From Balanoglossus misakiensis (Eukaryota; Animalia; Hemichordata), in the NCBI GenBank assembly GCA_040954595.2, contig CM082582.2, forward strand, positions 2,464,303 through 2,528,302: a stretch of DNA of 64,000 nucleotides, given 5' to 3'. Positions 1 to 11,980 of this stretch are shown piece by piece. Every line of letters begins with the position of its first letter. The first letter of the stretch is position 1. Both the position numbers and the translations under genes were made by a program. The notes under the pieces were generated by a model. The model was given only the letters and a program-made list of their open reading frames with translations, made no database searches and was not told the origin of the DNA.

Positions 1-814
1 CGATTGTATAACACTGTATTTTTGCATGGAATATTGTGCAAAAGGGTATTTGAGAAGCCAAAGAAACTTACCAAACGAAAGATGTTCGGGCGGTATTTCC
101 ATAACATCACCGTCCATCTACCTGATCAACTGAGATTGGTTTCTCTGAGGTCAACAAATGCTGAAAACCAGGAGCGAGTTTTCAATCGAATACGGAGAGT
201 GACGAAAACAACTTCCTCCAAGCGTCCAGGTGGTATCATAGGTAATGCCATGATACGTCTAGGTGCAGAAGAAGAGATGACAAAAGAAAGAGATCCATCA
301 CAAATTATAGAATCTGAAATTAGCAAAATTGGAAAGCAGCTCCCAAAACGTCAGAATACAGTAATCCCTGAGGACGAAATACTGCGACGACCAACACTAC
401 TGCAAAGCCACTATGAAAGGATTGCAGATTTCTTGCTGCCAGGAGAAGGTGCATTGTGGCAGAGACATGAGGAAGCAATAGAGTTTTTAACTCTGATACC
501 CAGGATGATTTCAAGGTATCTGCAGTGCAATTTAGTCCCAAATATTTTAACTCACACTTTTATTTCTTTTCAATAACAATTACTGTTGATTATATGCAGA
601 CATAATACAACAGATTGCATGGTGTTTTGGGACAGGAAAAACTAATCTAAAATATAGTATCAAAGCATCAAAAATTACATCTATACATGCCCTGTCTTTT
701 TCATGGAACTTTTCTGTCAAGCAGGTTTTGTTATATTTTGTGACGAGCAACCTCCATTTTTACAAATAATAGAACTATTCTCGGATATCCCACATGTTTT
801 ATGGCTTTCTAAAA

Positions 815-1156
815 ATGTCTCTCACTCGCTGCCCTTTTTCTTTTTGTGTTTGATACAAAACACCATTTATGTTAATGTACATGTGTATATGTAGTGAATG
901 AACGTTCAACCACACACAAGTTCCACCATGCTTGTATATGAGAGTAAAAACTCGCCCAAAATGAATAAATGGTAGAGACCGATTGTTCATTTTGGCAAGG
1001 TTTTTCACTCTCGTGTCTACAAGCGGGATGGAAGGTGTGTGTGGTTGAATGTTCATTCAGTATATATCCACATGTACATTAACATAAACAGTGTCTTGAA
1101 TGAAACATAATATTAATGGGAAAAGGGCAGCGAGAGAGAGAGACTTTGTCCCTTTA
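815..1156. mobile_element. Palindromic MITE ending GTCCCT-TTAA (Kolobok-type termini); related fragments at ~9680-9918, ~27198-27400 and ~49327-49450
   Basis: Inverted arms (tctcactcgctgcccttttt / aaaagggcagcgagagaga; aacgttcaaccacacac / gtgtgtggttgaatgtt). The same sequence recurs three more times, twice starting ttaaagggacaaa. Confidence 0.65.
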
Positions 1157-2727
1157 ACAGCATGCAAATCCTTATTTATTTTGGAAAATTCTATTGTAAA
1201 AATTTTCCAAGATTATAGTACTTACATTAGCCATTGGTGTTGTGTGTAAACTGTTATATAAAGAATGTTTGATCAATCTCCTTACCTGTTTATTTCTATA
1301 GGAACCATTTCCGGTCATAATCTCTGCAAAAGGTACAATGTGATATAGGTGTTGGTAAGATTGTGTGGACAGAGTAAGAAGTGAAGCAATTGCTTTACCA
1401 ATCCACAAGATAAAGCTCTATGACAGCAATGGTGAAAGAAGTGGTAGCCTCACTGTCACAGGCTTTCAAGATGATAGCAGACGTAAGAGCATATTACATC
1501 ACAGTCAAACCAAATAAGTGACTTCATCTGTATGCATATAATTTTGGGGGAAACATTACTTTCAAAAATGTGAATTTCTTTCACTTCAGCCTGTCAAAAT
1601 TAATTGACCTATATATACCCAGCCATGTTCAACTTTCAATACCACATGAATTCAATGAAAGTATATCTAATGGGCGAAATGTGTTGCTTCTCGCCTGATT
1701 TAGCAAAATTGAGTGACATAAATACTGGCTGGAACGGCTTAGTTAAATGAACGTTTGAAATTATTTTTGAATTATGATTAGTCTATAACAGTAATAAATT
1801 TTGAAATAACACTATATAATACAAGCACTACAAAAAATGTCAATATTTTATACTACCTTATAGAATCCGAGGAAATTCCAGAGCATCCAATTGGTGTAGA
1901 TGATGATGACCATGACTTGTTGATTGATCCTGGTTCCCATGAACACATCCTCTCAGTAGAAGATGATAAACTTGCCCCTGATATCACCATGGACATGAAT
2001 GACATCGAGCCGACAAGTGTACCTGAAAGGAACATAACATTACATGGTAGCAATGCTGAGGAGACCCGTTGCAGTATACCAATAGAAGATACAAGACAGA
2101 CACAGCATAGTACAGGGGAAGACATCAACATGACAGACTGTGATTTGGAAACAGAGCACACTGAGGAGACAGTTGAAGCAGAAAGGATGGAAGTCAATGG
2201 TATGGAAAATTGCTGCACTCAAGGAGGTAACTATTACTATAGTGAAGTTACCATGTATGGGATTGTTCATTTCAAGGTTCCACTCATTCTTATTTCCTCC
2301 CCCCCCCCACCATCCCCAAATAAATCTGCAAGCCCACATTCCAAGCACATAGTTATGTCACAGTGCAGGAGATAGTCATTTCAATTTTATTTTAGAAAGG
2401 AAAGATAAATGTGTGTGAGCGGGAAAAGATATGAAACATGACACACCCACATATATGTACATTTATAATATACCTCATGCTAATACTGTGCCGTGATTCG
2501 CCAGAATCCGTCACGTGATAGGAAAATAGAATCGACTATGAACCGCTAGGGAAATAGCAGAAAAAATATAAACCGGTCACGTGACCCGCGTGAGTGCGCA
2601 GACTCGGTCGCGTCAATCAGCGTCGCGTCGTCTGACACAATGGCCACCACTGAAGATGTCGTCTGCCAGCCTCAAGAAAAAATTGCAAGATTTTCCCAGC
2701 TGTTAGCATGAGGTTTATTATAAAACA

Positions 2728-2893
2728 CCTATAGCCTGGCCTATATTCGGGCCATAGCAGCCGTTTTTACCCCCTCGTGACTGTGAGTTACCAGAATCAT
2801 ATGCTATTTCCCTCGGCCGCATATGATTCTGGTAACTCACAGCCCCTCGGGTGTAATAAACGGCCGCTATGGCCCTCATGGCCAGGCAATAGG
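2728..2893. repeat. Near-perfect hairpin / small palindromic MITE
   Basis: gggccatagc...ctgtgagttaccagaatcatatgc is mirrored by gcatatgattctggtaactcacag...gctatggccc around a ~14-bp loop. Confidence 0.75.
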
Positions 2894-4727
2894 TGTTCAA
2901 TATTTCATGTTGACCTTGTGGAACCCCAGGTCAGTTTAAGTGGCCCAAAAGGAAATCACTTTAAGAAAAACTCATTATTATTGCTGTTAAACCTTAATGT
3001 TGTTTTCTTGTTTGCATTCAGGCAAGTCAAGTATCAAAGAAGTTGCCAAATCAACAGCAAAGATAACAGCCACACATGAAGAGTCATCAATCTCAGAGTA
3101 AAGTTAGTGATACTTCTTCAACCACGATGGACAGTCTGATATTTGTCCTTGGAGAGACAAAAGAAGTCGAATAATTTGATAAATCACGAAATTCTTTGAA
3201 GGCCCTTCCCAATGATAAGAAGTTAATAAATGAATATACAGAAGCTAAGGTGAAAGTAGGAACAAAGCTGATGAAATCATACAGCATAGCCAAGCTGTCA
3301 ATCAAAGAGTGGGAACAAGAATATTGCATAAATCATTGGGGTTGTGCACCAAATTTGGAAGATTACAAGAGAAATAAACGTATATTGAAATTGTACAAAC
3401 AAACAAAAATGGCAACACATTTTTTGAAAAGCTGGAATATTGATTATAACTGAGAGGTGAAGTATTTCCAGCTGTATGTGCATGCAATTTGATTACTCAG
3501 TGAGGACATATTTTGTACACTACACGTACATTCAGAAATATGGCATATTTTTCTAATGACATGGAGATTTTTGTGACTTCTGATGCAGAGTAAATATACA
3601 AGATATTGTTAACTTTGGTGAATTTAAGTTCATTTTGTTGTGGTTTAATTTACTGTAAATAATTTTTCCAAATGTTTGCATTGTATAATTTACTTCCAAA
3701 TCAGATGTTCTTTCCTTGTCATTTGCTACCAAAATTTAGTACCAAATGCATGGCATTTGTATGTCTGTGTTCAGGCTGTGGCCACAACCAATCTTGTAGC
3801 TGTGGCTGAGACTTTCAATTTTCTGCTTGATGTTAATAAACAATAACTTTGTAGTTTTGAATTTTGATGGAAAGGCAATCATCTATATTTGTCACTCATA
3901 AAAATGCACATTTCTTGACAATGTTGTTGAACCACTTCTCCCAAAATAATGGGACCCTTTGGTTTCAACCCCCAACCTGTCAGTGTTCAAATCTCACATT
4001 GTAAACACCACCTGCACCTGCACTTTGTTAATACAAGGAGACTGGAAACAGTGTGCTACACAATAAATTGAGACAAAGGAGTGTTACAAGACTTAACAAA
4101 CAAGTAATTAACATATGGCCTAGTTGCACAGGAAAATGCTACAAACAAGTTTTTCCCGCCCAAGTCAGACTGTGCGTGGCGTGGGTCCATAGCTGCAGCT
4201 GTGGTGTTTTCTGGCTAATTGTACTTTTCCTTTTTACGGGCTCTTTTTCCGTGTCGATCAGAAAATTGCCCGCAAAATGTCAGACAAAAATTGCCAGAAA
4301 ACACCACTGCTATGACCCAGAATGAGATTATACTTAGGCCGTCCTCTGCATGCCATACTATCGATCGCACGTACCGAACGAAACTCGCATCACATGCAAT
4401 CCGAAAATAGCTGATAAGAACTTACCTTCATTGTACAGTTTACCGTAAAAAGCAGTCTTACACCGACGATTACGTTGGCAGGAAATGAAGGCATCGACTA
4501 AAACAACATGAATCGGATGTACCGCGTACCGCCCACACGATGCACATGTCTGTCGCGATACAATACCATAGACTATTTTACTTCTGTCCATTCGCTCGCA
4601 AACGTCGTTTTCTGAATGTGTTATGAGCTTTGGGCACATTTAAGGACCGAAACGGGGAGATTTTTGACATTTTTTTGCCGAATTTTCGTCAAAACCTCGC
4701 CGTTTCGGTCCACGCCCGCCCACACAT

Positions 4728-6157
4728 CATATAGGGCGTTCTCACTGGCACGTTTACACCGGTGCTACAGCGGTGTAGATTTGACACCGACGGAAAAAAA
4801 CAAGTGAGAACGCTTTACACCGGTGTTGGGCCGGTGTTGATTTGCGACGGCGATGGGTGGCGGGTCAGGGCCAGTGCTGGGCCAGCGCTCCGACGCAAAT
4901 ACTCAGTGAGAACGCAAAGATAAACAAACACCGTTCAAAAGCGCCACCCTGCAGTGACTTTTGGGTATGTTTATTAGGTATAGCCCATTGTCTTTTTCCA
5001 TTGTTAAGTCAATCACACTGGACGTGAGTGGTTTTCAAACCATTCGCAGTTTGCATGGTCTGCAACACTTCTGTCTGCTACCAACTTTCGGAAGGTTCTC
5101 TCGATCACCGAAAAGCTGAGGCATTTTCCATTTATGGATTAACATTCATTTACTTCTAAACATTATCAAAACTGTCACAAAGTCGTCTAGAACGCATATG
5201 CAGGTATAGAAACTGCAACATGTTGCTGTAATGTCCTCGACGTCCTCAATTTTGTTAGTTGCCGTGTTGCTAAACATGGCCATTTAGACGATGTTTATTT
5301 CAAAACAGTGGCCAAAAGTTTAGTGTGTGGACGCACGGAGATTCTGTGGACTAATCCCCTGTGTTTGCAGAGAGTAAACACTGGCATTACACCGGTGTCA
5401 AAACTTTTAGTGAGAACAAGACTATGGAGGTACTAGATAGAAGGAGCGAGGACGCTATTGTTTCCTATAAACCCCATGTGCGTCTTAATCTGTTTGCAGA
5501 TATCATTAGGATCTCATCCTTTTATCACCTGATAGGCGTTCATAAAAGCTGTGCGCTTGCGTAGATAAACAAATTATAGCTGGCGGCGTGTCTCCATGAT
5601 TTACATTTAGCATATTCAACCAGACCAAACTGCTGTGCCGAAAGTCTCTGCACTAGCAATTACAATGGTGACTATCGGGCATCCCACACCATCCCACGCG
5701 AACAAAAATACTTGCATCGGGAAGATTGGTTTTCAAAGAAAACCTAAGAACTTATTTTTTTTTGCGGAAGTTTGCGAAAAACTCAAAATATACATTTCAA
5801 AATCATGCTTTTTGGTTGTACAAAGAAGAAAAATAACGCCACAAGTCTTCCAAGACGTCCGCCTGACACGTTTCCGGTAGTGGTGATGCGTAAACTTCAC
5901 CCCTAGATGTAAATAAAAGTCACCACGCATATGTAGTACGCTCGTCCGCGATGTGCGCATTGTGTTTTTAATATCATAGAAATATTACCCCGTAGATCTT
6001 GCAAACCTAACTGTAAAATCGGCGGTAACGCACAGTGGGTTCAAAGGACGCTTTCAACACAGAAACACAAAGACTTAAGAAGCTTATCACACTTCAGAAG
6101 AAAGGGAGTTAATCCGCTTAAAATCCGTCCTCGCTCCTTCTCTCTAGTACCTCCATG
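4728..6157. mobile_element. Non-autonomous P-element-like DNA transposon with ~32-bp TIRs and a 7-bp TSD
   Basis: Right TIR cgtcctcgctccttctctctagtacctccatg (6126-6157). Left TIR is CAT (4728-4730) plus ggaggtactagatagaaggagcgaggacg (5426-5454). CACACAT is duplicated at 4721-4727 and 6158-6164. CAT termini with a 7-8 bp TSD are typical of the P superfamily. Confidence 0.75.
4731..5425 (+). mobile_element. ~0.7-kb non-autonomous DNA transposon (PIF/Harbinger-group-like), copy 1, inserted inside the left TIR of the P-like element
   Basis: Imperfect TIRs agggcgttctcact / agtgagaacaagact. A close inverted copy is present at ~35379-36070. Confidence 0.75.
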
Positions 6158-7440
6158 CACACATGAAACCACGCAACCACGAGGCTGAAGCCTTGGAAAC
6201 CACCTAAGCTCGGCAATGCGTGTGTGCTCATGAATATGTAATATCTAATTCGCATATTCATGAAAAAGTAACCAAAAAAACAGGAAAACATTTTTAAAAT
6301 ACCAATAAAAAATTAAAAAAAACTAAACATTTGCAGTTTTTCTTTATTTACAATTTGATATATTTTTAGATTTTCAGTGAAAATTTTTTTTAATTTTTCG
6401 AGTTTTTTTTAAACATGCCGGGTTCAGAGATTTGTCCTTCCATGACTAGGGAAGCAATCAGGGATCGTCACATACGTCGGGTGCGGGATAACACTGTCCG
6501 CGGAAATGTTGATTTTGTTGCCCCAACTACTGAAGATAAGACAGCAATTCAACGTAAAATTTCAAAGCTTCGAACTCTGATGAAGGAGGGTAGGGCAACA
6601 AATTTTGACGTGTTATCAACGGTACTTGATTTCTTCCTGACGAGTCACGAAACGAACGGCAATGGTGGTATGCGTGACGAACCAGAAGAAGGTGCTTTCC
6701 ACGAACCAGTGTACCAGAGGTGTCCAATAGAACGGACCAGATGTATTTGACAACGACCCTCTCTGTCCAGAACCTCGTAAAAACTGTCGAATCACACTCC
6801 GGAGCATGTCGAGGAACTCTTGCCTCAAAGCGCACGACTTTGATGGGCCACGCGGGGAGGGTCAGTTTCAAGTGCGAGGAAGATCACGGATTCAATTGAA
6901 ATTCTTCGCCGTATTTGCCGAACGGGAGACTACTCGTCAACTACAGGTAAGTGTAAATACAGTGACATTGTATGATACGGACTTATATTGTTTTGTCATC
7001 TTTTATTTACCAAGAATACGTCAATGTATTATGCTCTCGCGTCGTAACTTTGAAATGCTATGAACATTATCCAACAGATTGTTACACGGGTTGTTGTCAG
7101 CTGGCGTACGGACGCGGACTTATGACACTGTAACCAGCAGTGCAAATATGGGGTCGTTGAAGGACAAGTATAGAACGAAATGTAAGCTTACACTTTCTTA
7201 TAGCTGAAACTATCTAGTTTTATATTTATTTGTGATCAGTCCTACTTTTAGTGTGGTCAACTTACATTGATTCTCAGACTGTTTCAATATATTGTATGAC
7301 CATGGAGTTACAGACATGACTGCAGCATATAAAGACATGTCAAGACAATTTTTTTTCCAAATGTATTAACTGTCGACCATCATCACAGTCACCCCATGAC
7401 TGTGCTGGCATATAAAGTAGGCAAATCATCACTAATATTT

Positions 7441-10400
7441 GGGTCGCCGCAAGGGAAAAGGGCCCTTATGCAAGTGTACGTCATTTTTAGTAATTTGCAT
7501 TTGAATAGGTGACGTTCTATGTGTGCTTTTCACATGCAAATATTCGCCTGCACGCTGGAGGAAAATGGATTTGTTCAGTATATTGCCCAACTTTTTCGAG
7601 AAAATGACAAAAGATATTCAAAGTATATCACGAAACACAGAACATTTATGTCATTTCTTCACTGAATTCGATTTCTATAGGTCAAAAAACACTTCTCACG
7701 TAGAGCGTTTACATTGTATCTAATTTTATTCCCGCCATTTTGCTCAGTTCATATACACGTGACCTCAGCGCTAAGGAGGTCAGAGTCAGAAATCGCTGTG
7801 CTACTGATGTTTCCCGTTGCGTAAAATCATGGCATTCTCGGTACCTCTCGACCCGCAATTAAATGCCGAGCTGCGGACTTTGCTCGAAGAACGCCACGAC
7901 GAGTTGGTCGAAACATTTAGTCCGCCGCAATCTAGGGAGAATTCCCAGTGTTCTGTTTCAGCCGATAGTGTACGCGATCACTGCCACCAGGGAGACGACG
8001 ACGATAGCGATGAAGACGAGCCAGTACCTGAAGCAGAGCCAGTCGAATTGGCGAGACTGTACTCTCAGTTACACCCAGAGATGGGTCAAGAAGATCGCGA
8101 AGAAGGAAATGACTGTGACGCCTTGGATAAGCCATCGGTGGAGGCCGTAATGCGGACTGGGTGTGTTTGTAAACACCAGTGCTACTCGAACTTTGCTGTG
8201 GACAGGGTGTGGGAATACCGTTTGAACATGTCAGAATTCCAGAAAGACCATCTTGATGTTCTCATCCTTGCAAAGTTAGAACAGTGTGAGGTTCATGGAG
8301 AACCTGTCCGTGGTGGTAAACGTGCGCGACAGTCCTTTGATTTACGTCTTTGATGGTCAACGCGTGTGTGAAAAAGTTTGGCGTTACATTCACAACTTGG
8401 GTGAGTGGCAGGGTATTTTTACGTTGGCACCAATGATTTATTTACACGTCGTGATATCCTCATCACACCCTGTGCGAGCATGAGTACTCGAAATGTGGAT
8501 TGTTAGGTGAATTATTGCATCCGATTGTTGATTTTTAATAGATTCCCCACATCACGTAGTTTACCGTAGTGCAGCAGTGACAGTCAATAAAGGATGATGA
8601 TGTCATCTTTTTCCTCCCTCACATGACCTTTGTTTACTTGGGGATTTTTCTCAAAGAGTTTTCTAAGTGTCCTGGCCCCCACAATCTTGATGTTGATTTT
8701 TTAAGAGAAGACACAACTTTACAGTAATTTCTTTTTAAATGTGTATCAAACGATTTTGAGAAGATTTAAACTACAGAGAAGTCATTGTTTTGACATAATC
8801 TTGGGATAGTATTAGTTAGTATTATCATCCTATAACTCTAATTATAGGGGAGAAAAGGTTCAAGAATTTAAAGGCCCACTACAAAATCCATGGTGTGGTA
8901 CCCAGATCTCATGGTCGTCGAGGAAAACGACCAGCCAATGCCTATTCATTTGAAGTAAGTATTACATTTCTGCATGCCATAACAAATATCTTTAAGAAGT
9001 ATATTCTTATACCATGTAAATGTGTATAAGAGTGTACTTATACTTGGTAATAAATTTCATATTTATGGTTTATTATTATCACGCAAACATGTGCTTTTAT
9101 GTCAAAGGGACAGGAATAGGTGCTCAGTACAGACAGGTTTCCAGATTAGACAGGGTTCGGTTTATTGTTGCCTTGAGTCGTAACAAAGGCGTCAGGATTT
9201 ATTATAACACACCATGCAGCGAACACTCGATCGTGATTCGTCAATACGCCGTCACGTGACCGTAGTCATTTCGAACTGTTCCCTAGGGCATGATTTCGAT
9301 CGGTTTCTGCCTGGTACTGTTGCCTGGATGTGGTGTGTGTCATGTTTGGTGTGTTATAAAACACATGATGACTGACATATTCGGGCAACGGTGTATTTTT
9401 GATGACCTCGGGACTGCTAGTCACAACTAAAACAGTCTTGTTTTCCCTATGCCCTCAGTCCCAAGGTCATCAAAAATACACTGTTGCCCTCATTGTCACA
9501 GTCAGTCATCATGTGTATACAGTAATACTGTATCTGGGCCCCTCAATATCTTGTCTCCTCCTCCTGACAGCTGCTTCATATGCTGGCCATCTTGAAGTAG
9601 TATTTTTCACCCACAGTTTGGAGCATGCCCAATTGACACTGAGACTTTCACATGGACCCTCCGACATTGAATCAGTGCTCGACCACACACAACATCCACT
9701 TTGCAGGATGAGAATAAAAATCTTGTCAAAATGAATAAATGGTAGAGACCGATTATTCATTTCGGCCAGTTTTTCACTCTCGCATCTTCAAGTGGGATGG
9801 AAGTTGTGTTTGGTCAACAATGATTCCCTATATCCACACGTAGAATAACAAATGGTGTCTTGTATCAAACATAATTAATGGAAAAAAGGGCAGTGAGAGA
9901 GAGACTTTGTCCCTTTAGGTGGTTTGCTATCTAACCTGTATATGTGTTCTCAGTGTTCACTAATTTATTTTGAGTGACTTAACTAGTCTTTTTTCCAAAC
10001 AGACAGTGCAAGATGCTGTTCAGTTCCTGGTCAGATATGCAGATGACAATGGTCTGCCTATGCCAGCTGCTCCTTGTGGTAGAGATGGAAGGCCTCCAAT
10101 TTATCTTCCATCCTGTGACACCAAGGCTGATATGTATAAGAAGTATGTGGAGGCCTGTAATGTTTGTCAGCCAACCAAGCAGCCTGTGGGGGAGACAACT
10201 TTCCGAAATATCTGGAAATTGTGTGTACCACACATTCAGCGAATGGAACCTCGTACAGATGTGTGTGCCAAATGTGAACACTTCCGGAATGAAATTCAGT
10301 TTGCCTCAACAGAAGAAGACAAACTGAACTCTAGTATTGCATTCTCAGGACTCATTTTGAAATCACAAAATGAAAGAGAATTTCTGAACTTGTGCATTAG

Positions 10401-11980
10401 AAAGGCACAGGATGAACTCAGAGACATTGAAGTTCAGCCCCCATGTAGTCCTTGCTCTTATGATTTACATAATGTTCATTATACATTTGATTTTGCACAG
10501 AGTTTTCTGCTGCCCCATCAGTCTCGTCAAGTTAGTCCACTGTATTTTCTGAATCCACTACGTGTAAATTGCTTTGGTATATGTAATGATAGTCAACAAT
10601 CTCAAATGAATTATCTGTTTGATGAGTCTGAGACCATTGGCATTGATAACAGAAAGTGCCATGGTGCCAATAATGTAGTTAGCATGCTTCACAATTATTT
10701 TGAGGAGCATGGATTGGGTGAAAAGAGTTGTCATTGCCATGCTGACAACTGTGGAGGTCAGAATAAAAGCAAAACTGTCATTCATTATTTTTGTTACCGT
10801 ACCAGTACTGGTTAACATGACGAAATTAATTATCATTTCTTGGAACCAGGTCATACAAAGTGCATTTGTGATGCTTGTTTCGGTAAGATTCGGCAAGTGT
10901 ATCGTAGAAGTGATGTTGACACAGTTCAGCAGCTGGCAGACATTGTGTCAAAAAGTTCACGAATAAACAATGTGAAATGTTATGGCAGTCGGAATTCTGA
11001 TCCCAACTTTCAATGGTTTGAGTGGGATTCATTTTTTTCTTCATTTCTCAAACCATTGAAGGGAATTCGTGTTTATCATCATTTTAGATTCACCAAGAAT
11101 GATCCTGGTGCTGTATATGTTAGAAAATTAGTCACAGATGATGAAATCCGTATAGATCTGCTCAAAAGAAATGCTACTTGGCCTCCATCACCACATATAA
11201 AACCCTCTGTATTGCCTGCTGGAGGAATGAGTTTAGCCAGATGGAGAGAGTTACAGAAGGAAATTGTTCCATTTGTCAGACAGCCATTTAGACATGCATT
11301 TTGCCCTGAAGAGTAAATCCAAAAACCCACTGAATACTCTTGCATGTATGTAGTACTGAAAATAAATGCAAACTTGTAAATATTTAAATGTTATCTGAAA
11401 AAAATGATAGTTAGAATTGTATGTAGCAATATCAGTGATGTAATGGTTGGAGTTCTGACACTACAGGTAGCCATGGCAACAGTTTAGATGGAGACTGCTG
11501 GTAGCCATGGCAACAGTTATGTCAATAATGTCATGTAAATATTCATATTTTCGGAGGATGTGATGTGTAGAGTTTTGGCACTTGTGGTGTCTAATAAAAT
11601 GTATTTTTAAATAGAACTAGCATCATCTTGTGTGCTTTCAACCCCTATGATATAATGGAATGACAGACACCCCCTCTCCCCCTAAAAAGTTGATTTAGTC
11701 AGTACCTACGGTATAAATGGATACAGATCTTCCATGTAGTTGGGAAAAGATGTTTGGTTTTTAAACCTCTTTATTGTGAAACAAAAACAGTGAATTTTAT
11801 TTGTGGGCTGAGGTCAAAGGTCATATGTCACATTCAATGGGCCACAAATGCCATTTCCAGGTGTAAGTTCATAGTGAGCGGCACACATATGAAAAGAGGA
11901 GTACAGGTACTATCAAAAAACGACAAAAAATAAAAATCGAAAAATCCATGCATAAGGGCCCTTTTCCCTTGCGGCGGCCC
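7441..11980 (+). mobile_element. Complete Sola1 DNA transposon (4.5 kb) inserted in an intron of the Kolobok-type gene
   Basis: 32-bp TIRs GGG(T/C)CGCCGCAAGGGAAAAGGGCCCTTATGCA with one mismatch. ATTT TSD at 7437-7440 and 11981-11984 matches the AWWT target of Sola1. Confidence 0.9.
7829..11316 (+). pseudogene. Sola1 transposase, 3 exons (~7829-8400, ~8848-8954, ~10003-11316), inactivated
   Basis: Motifs YTFDFAQ, LYF..PLRVNCFGI, GANNVVS, ADNCGGQNKS and FLEPGHTKCICDACFG. Frameshift near 8341 and an in-frame TAA at 10813-10815. Confidence 0.85.

Larger units (their letters stand above)
1..3453 (+). pseudogene. 3' part of a decayed multi-exon DDE transposase-like gene (RAG1/Transib/Chapaev-type C-terminal catalytic region); 5' part lies outside the window
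   Basis: ORF 4-576 contains YFHNITVH...STNAENQERVFNRIRR, resembling the RAG1 YFHKTLAH...ASEGNESGNKLFRR His-x4-His plus catalytic Glu region. Probable further exons at ~1301-1482 (NHFRS*SLQ...KIKLYDSNG, with stops), ~1863-2223 (acidic linker) and ~3022-3453 (with stops). Confidence 0.55.

Noticed and set aside
4-576. A true RAG1/ProtoRAG acting on the ankyrin cassettes
   Set aside because: Only a short motif resembles RAG1, the gene is decayed, no RAG2-like partner is visible and I saw no heptamer/nonamer signals around the exons.
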